From positions 103,418,001-103,482,000 of the forward strand of contig NW_024704743.1 in assembly GCF_018977255.1 (NCBI RefSeq): a stretch of DNA of 64,000 nt, in the 5' to 3' direction. Source of the DNA: Callorhinchus milii (Eukaryota). Shown one piece after another: positions 50,401-63,254 of the stretch (the stretch's first letter is position 1; each line of letters opens with the position of its first letter). Both the position numbers and the translations under genes were made by a program. The notes under the pieces are model-generated. The model did no database searches, had not been told where the DNA came from, and was given only the letters and a program-made list of their open reading frames with translations.

Positions 50401-53266
50401 GAATCCCCATCACTTTTGGCGTGAAATGAGTTGGGATTTAAAGCAGATCAATCCCCGTGGCTGACCTGTCTGCGGGAGGCGGCGACATTGATGCATTGAG
50501 TGAATGCATCACGCAGACCAACGCGCACTGGGTGTTCACGTGTCGAGCAGCCGCCTGCAAACCGCTTGCACTCTGCAAAAGAGCACCACCGCACGGAAAC
50601 GCGTCCCGTCTGCGTGCGTGGCATCTGCTCATTTTCACACCAACTTTTTTTTTTCTATCCCTCACCCCCCCCCCCCCCACCCCCCAGCCAACTTTTTACA
50701 CCATCCGTCGGTTATACACGGGTTTCGATCCCTACAGATCTTTGAGTTGCTGTTTGAGGGTAATAGAGGGTGTGTGTGTGGGGGGGGGGGGGGGGGGGGG
50801 CGTAATTGCTGTGGAAAGCTGATTTCAAGTGAAATGTGACAAAGCACTGACTCAAAATTGTGCCGAATTACTGTAGATAGCGGGTGTAAGTGGGAGTGTT
50901 AACCAAAAGATGAGGTTAGTCACCTGGATAAGGCTCCCTTTGCCCAGTGCTCTGCATCAACTCACCGGAATGCTGCCTCCAAGCGAACAGTTCTGACCCA
51001 GCACCTCCCTCCCCCCCTCTCTCCCTCCCCCCCTCTCTCCCTCCCCCACACAGCCTGCAGCCCGTTATTTGGAACAAGAAAACTTATGAAGGATACAAGT
51101 GGCAAGTGGTCCAGAACTAGAATTGCACATTCCCCAAAGCGAACAAGAGGGAAAGTCGGTCAGATTTCGGCTCTCCAGTTGCTCACAGACGTATGGTATT
51201 CATTCCAGGCGCTTGTGATAGTTTAACCGTAATGAATAACGATCCTGGCGTTTGGTATAACGCCTTGTTATACGTCCTGGAGACGTCTCAAAGCGCTTCA
51301 GGGAGTACATTTTAAAAATGCACTGTATTTTGCTCGCCATCAGCGAGCTAAGCGATCCACTAATATGTCTGAGTTTGTAAAAGAAGCAGGGAACCAGAAT
51401 GCTAACCCTTACAATCCGAAATCCCTCTCTGCATCTGGAAATTGAACAGGTTTCCACTGTAGCTTTGAAATTTGTGACTGCATTGCACGGCTTGAAGCGT
51501 TCTTTTTGCTGCCAATAAATCACCGAGGCCAAGTGCATCAGGCAGGCCTCCAAAACGATGTATTTGCCATAATACTTATTATCAGAAGGTTTTCGTTAAT
51601 AGCATCAAGCTATGTACAATACGGAATATAGCCCCAAAGGGACGTAGGGGTGTTTGCCTATCCCCTAAAACCTCTCAGTTTGAAAGTTCAGTGTCACAGA
51701 ACCAGTCATCAACAAGAAATGGTGTCAGACTATCTACCAGCAATGTGATAGACTCTCTTTCCCCCTCCCCTCGGGATGCATGAAACCCGGACTGACAGCA
51801 ATGAAAGGCAAATACGTTGCTTTATTCATCGAGAGAACCAGCTGCAAGCCCTACAATAACCCACTTTATACAGAAGCAACTTGAATTCAGTTCAAGACGA
51901 CACCCCTTGTTGCCAACAGCGAGAAAGAGAGAGAGAGAGAGAAAACCAAGTGCATAGAATTGAAAGGAAAGCGATCCCCCAATGAGTCCAGGCGATAAGG
52001 CAATGGAAAGTAACGGGCATTACAGAATATATTCCAGATAAAATTAATACCCGCCAGCCGTTCTGGACTGCTGCAAGAAATTCAATCCATATCAAGCAAT
52101 CCATTAATCATTTCTGCCACTGTTCCTGTCGTTTTTTTTTCTTAAATGACATAAACAGGTTGAATAAATGTATTAAATTCGCTGTATGATTTGCAAAGCT
52201 TGCCAAGCGGTCGCTGGTATCTTTTTTTAAAAAAAATACATTTTGAGACAAATAACATAGCTTATTTTTTTTTTGCAAGACTGCTGCAGTTTAATACTGC
52301 CATGATAACATGACAGGGAATGAAACATAACCCATCCACGCCGCGATATTAAACGATTCGGGGTGTTATCTTCTAGAGTCTGCACAGGTACACAGCGTTT
52401 CCAACTCCCTGAGCGCTGCCTCTGTTTAAGGACTAGACTTTGTAAGACTGGATTCGGTGATTCTTAATCCTGTTCCATTAATACGTGACATAGTACCGTA
52501 TCAATACCGTTCTACAGACTGAAAGAAGATCTAAACACGTCTCATTAAAAATGTGTATGAATCCTGATAGCCCCGGTATAATAGAGCCTCTGTGTATATG
52601 TCCTACAGCACCTCGTCCATCCTAATGCTGGATCTTCAGACGTGAAAGTGAAGCTTTGTGCAATCTTCACCCAAACACACCACCCCCTCTAGTTCTTGAA
52701 TCGGATGCTATTCACGTCAGAAATTAAACTGGGAGTAAATTAAGCATCTTAACAACAAACCATCGTTAACTATTATCTTTTAAACCCAGGAACCCACCAC
52801 CCCCCAGACCCCTCCCCAAACCCCATGTTAACAGGACTAACGTGACAACACAGCCTGGGCGAAATTCAAATAGTTAAGGGATGTATGAGGCAACTCACGT
52901 ATCTGTTTGAGCATTCTGCAAGAATATTTATTGAGCCGAAGCTGAATTACTGCATTGAACGCCAGTCCAGGCATCTCCAATGCAATTTCCCAGCCTCCCC
53001 AAACAGCCCTTTACTGTGAAAATGTCTCCCCTTTTCCCCCTTATATCAGCCAGTGCAGGTGCTCTCTTAGCCCCCCACCCCCAACCCCCCCCCCTCCCTC
53101 CCCCTTGTACGTGAGGGACAGCGGGATCAGGGCAGCCCCAGAACCTACCTTTCACACATGTGACCATCAATAAAAAGACAAGGTATGAAAATATAACTCC
53201 ACTTTTCGTCCCCATCGCCTTCCCGGGGAGAGGATCCCCGCTCCCGCGGCATTTAACGCATCCCGT

Positions 53267-53277
53267 CCGGAAAATGG
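53267..53277 (+). promoter_or_regulatory. Overlapping ETS-like (CCGGAA) and YY1-like (AAAATGG) motif near a putative TSS
   Basis: CCGGAAAATGG inside the CpG-rich stretch. Confidence 0.4.
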
Positions 53278-53327
53278 GTGTCGACGAATCTTGGGTGGAA
53301 ATCCCGTGTTTTTTGCAGTTTGGCTTC

Positions 53328-53404
53328 ATGCTGCAGCGCCGTGTGTGTGCTGTGCCGCCGATCGGTTCGGTTTGTTGGCTCCGCGGCGCTCGACACTACC
53401 GCGA
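53328..53404 (+). CDS. Candidate first coding exon, MLQRRVCAVPPIGSVCWLRGARHYR, unidentified gene
   Basis: ATG in CpG-rich context; consensus donor GTGAGT at 53405; Arg-rich, acid-free peptide; no homolog recognised. Confidence 0.25.
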
Positions 53405-53581
53405 GTGAGTGTGTTTCTGCGATACCACAGCAACCTTGAACCAGGACTCAACCATCTCACCAACGGGGGCACAAACTCCAGACGGCTTCTCTCATCGCCT
53501 TCCTGTCTAATCCTAAACTGCACGAAAGAAGGCAAAATAAAACCCCGCTGCACGTTTTTTTTTTTGCTGGGTGCCAGCCAG

Positions 53582-54378
53582 CAGCTCAGCTCAGCCCAAC
53601 CCAGCTCAGCTCAGCCCAGCCCAACCCAACCCAGCCCAGCCCAGCCCAGCCCAGCCCAGCCCAGCCCAGCTCAGCCCAACCCAGCTCAGCCCAGCCCAGC
53701 TCAGCCCAACCCAGCCCAGCTCAGCCCAACCCAGCTCAGCCCAGCCCAGCTCAGCCCAGCCCAACCCAGCTCAGCCCAGCCCAGCTCAGCCCAGCTCAGC
53801 CCAGCTCAGCCCAGCCCAGCCCAGCCCAGCTCAGCCCAGCCCAGCTCAGCCCAGCCCAGCTCAGCCCAGCTCAGCCCAACCCAGCTCAGCCCAACCCAGC
53901 TCAGCCCAGCCCAACCCAGCTCAGCCCAACCCAGCTCAGCCCAGCTCAGCCCAACCCAGCTCAGCCCAGCCCAGCTCAGCCCAACCCAGCTCAGCCCAGC
54001 TCAGCCCAGCCAGCCCAACCCAGCTCAGCCCAACCCAGCTCAGCCCAGCCCAGCTCAGCCCAACCCAACCCAGCTCAGCCCAGCCCAGCCCAGCCCAACC
54101 CAACCCAGCTCAGCCCAGCCTAGCTCAGCCCAACCCAGCCCAACCCAGCCCAGCCCAGCTCAGCCCAGCTCAGCCCAACCCAGCTCAGCCCAACCCAGCT
54201 CAGCCCAGCCTAGCTCAGCTCAGCCCAACCCAGCTCAGCCCAGCCTAGCTCAGCCCAACCCAGCTCAGCCCAACCCAGCTCACCCCAACCCAGCTCAGCC
54301 CAGCCTAGCTCAGCCCAGCTCAGCTCAGGCCAACCCAGCCCAGCTCAGCCCAACCCAGCTCAGCCCAGCCCAGCTCAG
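53582..54378. repeat. ~800-bp pentamer array (CCCAG/CTCAG/CCCAA; minus strand GGGCT/GAGCT/GGGTT)
   Basis: Directly visible, about 160 pentamers. Confidence 0.97.
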
Positions 54379-55044
54379 GCAATCCAAGAGAAGGGAACAG
54401 TAGCGCGTAATCAAGCGTTTAAACTTCAAAGCCACAGTGTCAGAAATTGCTATCAGTTTAAATTCATGCTCTGCAGATCGATATTGCCCACACACCGTGT
54501 GACAGCGAACCCAAGAAATCATACGCAGATAGGATTTCACCATCAGGGCGAGAACTGGACGGTTTAGATTTATGGGGATGGGGGGTGGGTGGAGGTGAAG
54601 GGGCGAGAGACCACTTTAATTTGCAATAACAATGTCACGCTCAAAGCTACTGGGGAGTTCCTGTCACGAAATGACTTGCAAATGAAATGTGAAATGTATT
54701 ATGTCGTTCATCCGAACAGCCCCGAAATGCACACACACGCAAAACACTACACCGCGTTTTATACGTTCCCACTGTCTTGGGAGATGGTCCCTGAGTTGCA
54801 CTGTGTTGGCAGGAAATCTGCATTAAAACAACATAGCGTTAAAATACGTCCGGGTGTCACGCTGGCTGTTTCTGCTCAGCTCTACAGTCAGCGCTGGCGT
54901 GAACAAGAATAACATCACGGTGTTCAGTCCCTGCGGATATTGCAGCTGGAGAATAAAAACCCAATAAAAAGAGCCAGAGCTGTGGTTCCGAATACATTTT
55001 GCATTTCCAGCAATGGGTTAAAGGGGTTCAGTCAAAGAGCGCGT

Positions 55045-55059
55045 GTGCCACCTACTGGC
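55045..55059 (-). promoter_or_regulatory. CTCF core motif
   Basis: rc GCCAGTAGGTGGCAC matches CCASYAGRKGGCRS. Confidence 0.5.
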
Positions 55060-56169
55060 TGAGCAGCGATGAGTGTTCAACTGCTGCCTCCAGTCCCAGA
55101 CCTGATTCACTTTCCTTTCAGACCTCTCTTTCTCTCTCTCTCTCTCCTTTTTTTTAACAAAACTCTGTGCCCTGATACTGACAAATAGCGTCTTAACCTT
55201 AACTCACTGACTGCGTCTGAGAGGGAACATGGAAACGGGAATAGGCCATTCAGCCCCTCGAGCCTGTTCTGCCATCCTCTCAGGTCGTGGCTGATGTGTG
55301 CAGCGGGGGGGGGGGGGGGGGGGGGGCAGTATGACAGACTGGTCACAAGAAAATATGAAAACCCAAATTGTACCCACATTTGCGGGTCAGAGTGTAACAG
55401 ATTTTTTAAAAAAAGTATGTTTTTTTTATTACATGCGCCCTGCACTTTTGGAAGTATGTCTCAAAGCACTTCAAATGATTTCACTGTAAAGTGTAGTGAC
55501 AGTGTATTTAGTAGATGAACACAGCAGCCTATTTGCGTACAAATCATGTCCCACAAAGAGACACGAAGTGAATCGCTAATTTAACCCTAGGATTTCCCAT
55601 CAAAGGCACATGTCAGCAGGTTACACTGGATGTAATAGTGGGCATTCATAAGATTTCCAGCTGAACATTGGTATGAAGGTAAGTTGTGTGTAACAGTAAA
55701 TCTTATTGCACTCATCATTTTCTCTATACTTCCACTCTTCGTTCACGATACCGATCATATATTAAAACAAATTAGCTTTCTCACATGCCCCACACCCATG
55801 TTAATGAATGTGCGTCAAATATTTGGGCCAAATAAACGATGAGTAAAGAACCGTCATTCTGACAGAAAAGATTCTCCAGTTAACGTGTGAGCTGCTTTGC
55901 CCGAAAATTTGCATCGAGCAAACAAACTGACTGGGTTTGCAATCAGCCAAAAAAAAAAGACTCTTATAAAAATTCACTGCTGTTAAAATATGATTTCCCC
56001 ACTGTCGCGTATTGTACGCACATCAAATGCTTGTCTTAAGCTACGTTTTCCACTGATCTCAACACAAATACATCGCGGGTGGTGATATAATTTATCTGTC
56101 TGGGTGTCTCTTTCTCGAACACATACAGGGAAAAAAAACCTAATACTCTTGTCATCGCTCTTGTGTGCA

Positions 56170-56171
<2 letters not shown>

Positions 56172-56221
<50 letters not shown>

Positions 56222-56245
56222 TCACTCACACCACATATACACACA
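56172..56245. repeat. Compound (CT)n(CA)n microsatellite
   Basis: Directly visible. Confidence 0.95.
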
Positions 56246-57072
56246 TCACTTGAAAACGTTTCGAAACCCCTGTCATTACCAAAACAGATCGGGCTGAAGA
56301 AAGCGTTGTGCAAAGTGTCCAGTTCACACCAACTGAACACGCACCCGAAAAGTTATCAGAAAAAAACCACGTCGGGCTTTCGCAATTGAAGGGCTGTGAT
56401 TTAAGCAGTCAGTTGTAATTGAAGCGTAACATTCCTGGTGATGTGAAATTGCCCACAGTGAAAATAAGCCCGAGGGTGTCACGTTGCAATGGTTTAAAAA
56501 TGCTGATATTTGCCCAAAATAAATAGTGCCACCGAGTAAATTACTTGTTCTTATATTTTTAATGTTGTTACTGCTTTTTTTTCCAAAAAAAATGGGTTGT
56601 GTTTGCAATGTTAGTGTAAAATGGTGTGGGTCAATGTGTAAGCAGTTGAGTGAGTGCTTTCCCCAGTGGTTCTGCAGCAGTTCAATTACTAATCGGAAAT
56701 GCTGCTGCTGAACACAACAACGAGCAATTTACGTAACAAATTCCTATTGCAAAGTCTATGCAACACGCAACCCCCACCACCACCACAACTACTGAACATT
56801 GCTCCCCCTTACACCAAACAGTCATTTTACATTAGTTTTGTTTTATTCTTTTACGCCCTGAGGATGGATGACAACTTACTGTGGCTCCTCACAAACTAGA
56901 GTGTCTCCTTAGAGAACCACCAAAACCGTACTGTCTCCAGTAGGTTTGTATTTTTGAAAATCATATAAATCTCATAGCAAATATATGAAATATTTTTATT
57001 TTCAAAAGCTAATGTATTATCTTTGTACACCGCCACTGCACTTGGACACATTAGCTGTGTAAAATCTATACA

Positions 57073-57386
57073 GAGTCCTGTAGCTCAGTGGTTAAAACAC
57101 TCGCTTTGCAAGCAAGAAATCTGGGTTCAATACCCCACAGGGTGAAACCTGGGTAAGTTTTCTTACTCCACAATCTGATAATAATCCCTCAAGAAAAAAA
57201 GCAATAATAAATTGGTCATTTCAATCCACGACAGTTTGTGGGACACTGCTGTACGCAATTGGCTGTTGCATTTCACCCACAAATATACAGTCAATTCACT
57301 TTACAGTCTATTCTGTGAAGCGCTTTGAGACGTCTAGAAGATGTGGAAAGCGCTATGTCAAATGCAAGGATTATTATTACTGTTAT
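57073..57386 (+). mobile_element. tRNA-Ala SINE (TAGAA-loop variant)
   Basis: Head GAGTCCTGTAGCTCAGTGG through tail TGCAAGGATTATT. Confidence 0.92.
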
Positions 57387-58183
57387 TCCCACATCACCAT
57401 GTTGATTGCAAACAAGTTAGTGCTGCCCTTAGGATGAGATGTTAGACCTAGGTCCCTTCTGTTCAGGCTCCCATGAAAAGAGTAGAGATGTTTTTTCCCA
57501 TTCTCCCTATTCAACAATCCCCCAAATGAAATTGGTCATTCACATCATGGCTGTTTGTGGGCTATTGCTGTGCAAAAAATGGGCTGCCACATTTACCCAC
57601 AAAGCACACAGTTCTGCACTTTACAGTGTATCATGTGAAGTATTTTGAGACAGCCCCCTGAAGTAAAAGATGCTATACCAAATACCATATTATTCAGTAT
57701 AATAATAATGCTTGCATTTTATATAGTGCTCTATTACATCTTTGAAACGTTCAGTGCTTACATAATCTGCGAACCAATTCACACACAGCAATGTGCCACA
57801 AAAAGCCATGAAGTGAATGGTAATAATAAATAATCCTTAAATTTGATATAGGGCTTTTCAGGTCAGAAGGTAATCTCAAAGTGTTTCTCATGATATACTG
57901 TATTGTGTAGTGACTGCAAGACTGTAAAATATATTGTGCTTTGTAGGGGAACACTGCAGCCAATTTGTGCACAGCAATGTGCAACAAACAGCTTCTAAAA
58001 ATAACCAATCATATCTGGGGGATTGTTGGCCAGGACCTGAAAAAGCATTTGATGTCCTTCTCTTTTCTCTTTTCCAAGAGTGTCATCAGTTCTTTAATGT
58101 CCCCCTGAACAAGCAAGGAGGACCTTGGTTTAATGAGAAAAAGTTGAATAGGAAGACACACTATTGTGATACAAAGTCTACAC

Positions 58184-58615
58184 CGGAATCTTGTATCTTA
58201 GTAGTTAGAGCACTCGCCTCGCAAACGAGAGGACCCGAGTTCGATTTCCAGGCGAGAGAAAAAGTTGGGCAAGTTTCCTTACTCCAACACCTCTGTTTTA
58301 CCTAACAGTAAGCAGGGATCCGATTGTTAGTTGATTGGCAGATTGCCCTCCCAACGTGAAAGGCGCTCTATAAGTGTAATTTTGTTGTTGTTGTTGTTGT
58401 TGTTGCTTTTCCAGGGGCTAATCATCCCTTTTAAAAAAAAATTGGTCTCTCAATCCACGACTGTTTGTGGGACACTGTTGTGCAGAATTGGCTGCTGTGT
58501 TTTGCCCACAAAATATACAGTCAATTCATTTTACAGTATATTCTGCGAAGGGTCTCTTTGAGACGTCTCAAAGACATGTTAAGGTGCTATATCAAATTCA
58601 AGGATTATTATTATT
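58184..58615 (+). mobile_element. Long-subfamily tRNA-Ala SINE interrupted by a ~60-bp L2 tail (58346-58405)
   Basis: CGC at anticodon position; extra central segment split by CCCTCCCAACGTGAAAGGCGCTCTATAAGTGTAATTT(TTG)n. Confidence 0.85.
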
Positions 58616-60597
58616 ACATTGGATAAGGAAACATTGGAGAATATGATCAGACATGCTTGTTGAGATTTGATCAAGGTTTATCTGCCTCTGAGATTATGCT
58701 CAATGTCAATATGAGGTATAGGTGTAACAAAAAGGCAATAGCATTGGAGCGATAAAGATATCAATGTTGTATTATTATGTTGCATTGTTTCAAAACATTT
58801 TGATGAACATTTAGTGCAGATGATGCAAGTTTAAAAAGTCTTTATGAAAGACGTTCCTGATCCCTATTTTATTGCTGTGATGGAATACCCTTGATGTGTT
58901 GTATGGGATCAACTGCTTTATTTAGGTACCGGTGAATTCAGACGTTTGAGACTTTTACTATCATGTTTTTAATTGCAAGTCCACAATGCATGCAACTTAA
59001 TTTCCCTTGTAACCAAATAGTTAGGCAAAGTGAAAGTAGTAGCACTGCAGAATATTCTACACTGCCATTATACTCACAATTTGAAGGACCACTTTTGCAG
59101 TTATAATCAAGGTTACTTTTCATTCTATTGTGTCAGGTATTCTGTGTCTAACAGCCACTTAATGTGCTAATAAAGCAACGCAATTTGTGGGGTTTTGAAA
59201 GAAAAGAAAAACGCTAGTTACGATCATTTTGAGCCTTGAACCCAAGTACCAGCCTCAACCCCTCTCTCTGCCAATAACATTACATATATGATTCAGTTCA
59301 AGATCTTAACGTTGATTTCCCCACATCATCTAACATGAGAGCCTCGTTGCAGTTCGATCATAGAGACGTGTGGTTATGTGATGGGGAAATACTACCCTCA
59401 AGTTTGGATGCGACAGACCACTTTTCAAGGGTTAGTGTTCATGAGACGATTGCCACCCATTTTCACTCAGCTAAGGATATTGGTTGTTTAAGTCAATTTC
59501 TGACGGTAATTTCATATGTATTATCATTTGCAGTGTGGTTCCCACTAGGTAAAGGGGATGGCTGGAAACTGGATCAGATATCCAACAGATGTCTTGTCAG
59601 TTGTTCTCTTGCTTCTTGAGTATTACCACATTCCAGCACTTACATTGCAAACTTGAACACCTCTTCCACACTGCATTGTACTATTGATGGTGCAAAGTTC
59701 TCCTGAGATTTATGGCGGTGTGTTTCAATTCATTACATTTGGAATGAGTTTATTTCCAAATGTCGGATTGTAAACCAGCAACAATCAGCATTTTGCCTTT
59801 TGGAAGGAACTCGCCTCCAATACACTTGAAATTGAACAATCAGGAAGCAGTGAGTTTTAATAGCAATTTAATTCATATTGATGTCAGACACCCAAAGGGT
59901 TGCTGTGGTGGCGTGCTTAAAGGAAACCTGGATACCTTTTGTAACTGAAATGTGTTTGTTGAACTATAACACAGAGAGAAAGCAATAGTTACCTCAATGT
60001 GACAAGCACCACTCTTATATATTTACGTGTTTAATTAAACCATTACTTATTCTACTTACGACTACATCTTTATTCGAAGAGGTAAGATTTAGACCAAATG
60101 TAAAAGTAGGACACAGAAAAACTGATAACATTTGTTTTAATCTTTGAGGATTAAAACATTATACGTGGTGCAATAAAACCAGAAAAATCCAAATTTAGCA
60201 AATTTAGTTTTCAGTTTATGGGTTAAATAATTCTATGTTCAATAAACTAAATAAGATCAGGAAGTGTACAGATTATCAGCATGTTGGTAGGACACCTTGT
60301 ATTGTACAGTAATTAGACAACTGCACTGAACAAAGTGAAGGGCATCTCCTTCATTGTAATTTATAAACGCATGGCTGTATTGAGCCAATAATATAGTGGG
60401 TGCTTTAAAGGGCAAGCATGGAAGAGACGTTCATGGTGGTTCACATTTTGCTGATAATTGGTACAAACAGATATGATTGGAAAGATACAGAGGACTGACA
60501 GTTCTGGCACATTCCACCCTACAAAAGATTACAGTCAGATCAAGATAGACATCCAGCTAGATTGAGGAAAAGCTATCTTGCCGAGGTCACTTCACTG

Positions 60598-60830
60598 TAA
60601 TAATAATAATAATAATCCTTGCATTTGATATAGCACTTTTCACATCTCCTAGATGTCTCAAAGTGCTTCACAGAATATACTGTAAAGTGAATTGACTGTA
60701 TATTTGTGGGCGAAAGGCGGCAGCCAATTGCGCACAGCAGTGTCCCACAAACAGTCGTAGATTGAAAGTGACCAATTTATTATTGTTTTGTTTTGGATGG
60801 ATTATTATTAGGCGTGTGGAGTAAGGAAAC
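60598..60830 (-). mobile_element. 5'-truncated tRNA-SINE
   Basis: Tail through GGAGTAAGGAAAC; head absent. Confidence 0.92.
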
Positions 60831-61971
60831 TAGATATCACCTGTTATGATTGATGTAAGCGTTCTGTAAAAAATATACATATTAAACATAAACAACAATA
60901 ACATGCAGGTCAGTGTATAGTGAAACCAAAGTAGAATTCCTATCAATAGCTCTACAGAATTCAATATGCTCAAACCTTCCATGCTTTTAATGCTGCTAAG
61001 ACGATGCTTTTTTTTATTACCTCTTACCACTGTGCTGTTGCTCGTCAGCCTTTTAACCAATAAAGGGATTGAGTCTAATGCCATTTTTTTACTGTTTGAG
61101 AGGGAAACAATTTGAACAAGCTGTGCACTGTTTTGTGTGTGGGCATATTTGTGCAGGTTAAATCAGAATGGGTTTCAACATAACAAAGGGACTTCTGAAT
61201 GTGAGCAAGGACATGTCCAGGATTCATTATTTTTACATTCCTCTGCAAATTTCCCATATTAGACCCCATTGTGGAATAGATTTTGCCACACTTTTTCTTG
61301 AGGGAAGTTCCTCTTTAACTAAATACACGTTAGAGTTTATGATCTTGTACACAAGATAAAAAAAAAGCTTAATCTATAATTGAATCAGTTACCTATAATT
61401 TGTAGGAAACATACATTCAACCCTACTCTGAGGCTTTGTTTGTCACCTGGGTGTCTGATACATGTTAAAGCCAGTTGCCATGATTACCTTCTTCAGTTCC
61501 AGCTTTGTCATTTGTGAAAAACTTCAGGGACACGCCCTTTTCACCATGGGCAGAGAACATGTTATTAGATTGCCAAAAACATAGCATTTTAGATCTCAGA
61601 ATATATATTGGAGTACTGCTTCAATGTTCTAATGTTATCAACCAAATTAGGCATTGGTAAACTTCCCACTGATTATCCAGTTTGACCAACCAACTACTGA
61701 CTTTTGGGGTTATCATGATCTAAGTGGGAAGGATCTCATCCATCAGTGTCATGTTGACCTCTCAAAGGTTTGTTGATAAGACAGGCAGGCTGGTCACGCC
61801 TCAACAGTAGCATGAACTACGGAGGGCCTGCCTGTCTCAACGATCAGATGACGGAATCCACCACAGAGACGTAACTCAGGTGCACTCACACTTGGACATG
61901 GATATTATCTTGGAGCTAGCACAACCCAGAGAAAGTCCACATACCAACCCTCCAGGGATACCTATAATAAT

Positions 61972-62335
61972 AACCACAACAACTTGCACTTATAAAGCAC
62001 CTCTCATGCAGGTGCTTTATACTCATGCAGGGTAGTATTCCAGAGAGCTTGACAGTGACGAAGCATGACTCAGAGCCGGGGGCAGGTGACTGTAGGCACG
62101 GTCGAGCAGGAAGGTCTTCAGGCGCGACCTGAAAATGGGGAAAGAAGGGGCAAGGCGGAGGGATAGAAAACGTTGATGGGAGCCAATGAGTTCTGGCTTC
62201 TGACTAGTCAACATTGAGCTGTATGAAGTTTTCGCTCATCCAGGATCTTATGTCTGCCAGACAAGCAGCAAGAACATCGCCAGACGTGGAGTCGCAGCTG
62301 AAGGAGAAGTATACTTGTGTGTCATCTGCGTATAT
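61972..62335 (-). mobile_element. Internally deleted L2 3' fragment
   Basis: YADDTQVY at the 5' end, SRLKTFLLDRAY near the 3' end, type-2 tail. Confidence 0.8.
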
Positions 62336-62759
62336 CCACATAATCATAATTCATTATTAAACACCTGATAAGCATGGATTCAAGCTTTTCCTGGATAAAA
62401 GCAATAGCAAGAGTAACTCTTTCTGTGCAATATGGGGAGGCACAGAGCAGCACATAAAGTATGCAATTGTATTGCCACCATTCTTATCACAACCAGGATA
62501 AATACAGTAATGCATTTAATGGTGAATCCACCAGCACTGCATTGGGATGTCAGCCTAATCTGTAACATCAGAATTATCAAACTACATACCAATTAGGGCA
62601 TAGAATCCCAGAGTTTGTGTTTGCTAACCAATATACCAGACCAAATCTTCCATTTGCTTTCGTCTCAGGTTTCACAGTTCCTAGGTCAGTCTTTTGATGA
62701 ACATAACTTAATAATAACGCTTGGATTGGATTAAAGCCTTTATAAAATTGAAAAACACT

Positions 62760-63075
62760 TTCTAAAGTGTCCATAAAGTTAGAAATTGTGTATTTGCAGA
62801 CAGCCAATTTGTGAACACCAGTGTTCCCCAAAAACTATGAAGTGAACAATTAATATTTTTACCTAGGGAATTTCTGGCCAGGACACCAGCAGAAACTCCC
62901 TTCTCTTTAAACATCCATCTGAAAGGCAGACAGACATTTGAAGGACTGCAACTCCCAACAACACAATGCTCCCTAGATCTATATTGGACTACTCACACAC
63001 ACAAAGTCCCAACATGGGGCTGGAACCTACAACATCTAACTCAGAGGCAGGAGCTCTATTAAGTGAGCCAGATTG
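62760..63075 (-). mobile_element. DeuSINE/SacSINE1-like SINE
   Basis: GGCCAGGACACCAGCAGAAACTCCC core; head GGGGCTGGAACCTACAAC. Confidence 0.65.
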
Positions 63076-63254
63076 ATGCGCTTTACCTCAGCGTGGTGGA
63101 GAGAACTATGCAGGATGACCTACAGTGTGACAGTTGCTTTTATATTCTTGAGGTCCAAATTCCATGTGGCTTGACACCAACTGTTTAATTTTGATTACAA
63201 GTGGTTTTGGCAAAGAGAAGTAACAGCCTGCTATGAGGTTAGTTCCATATCAAG

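Larger units (their letters stand above)
48540..56500. promoter_or_regulatory. CpG-enriched, TE-depleted promoter/regulatory domain
   Basis: CG dinucleotides visibly much more frequent than in flanks (e.g. 50330-50720, 53200-53420); almost no SINE/LINE; many poly-G/C and (CA)/(CT) tracts. Confidence 0.7.

Noticed and set aside
53291..54403. 370-aa ORF (and overlapping 225-aa ORF) with SPAQP repeats resembling a mucin or CTD-like protein
   Set aside because: Translation of a pentamer array that rarely contains stops; open in several frames, with no codon-level structure
59335..59619. 94-aa + strand ORF in unique sequence
   Set aside because: No recognisable domain and only weak splice context; cannot be supported without a homology search
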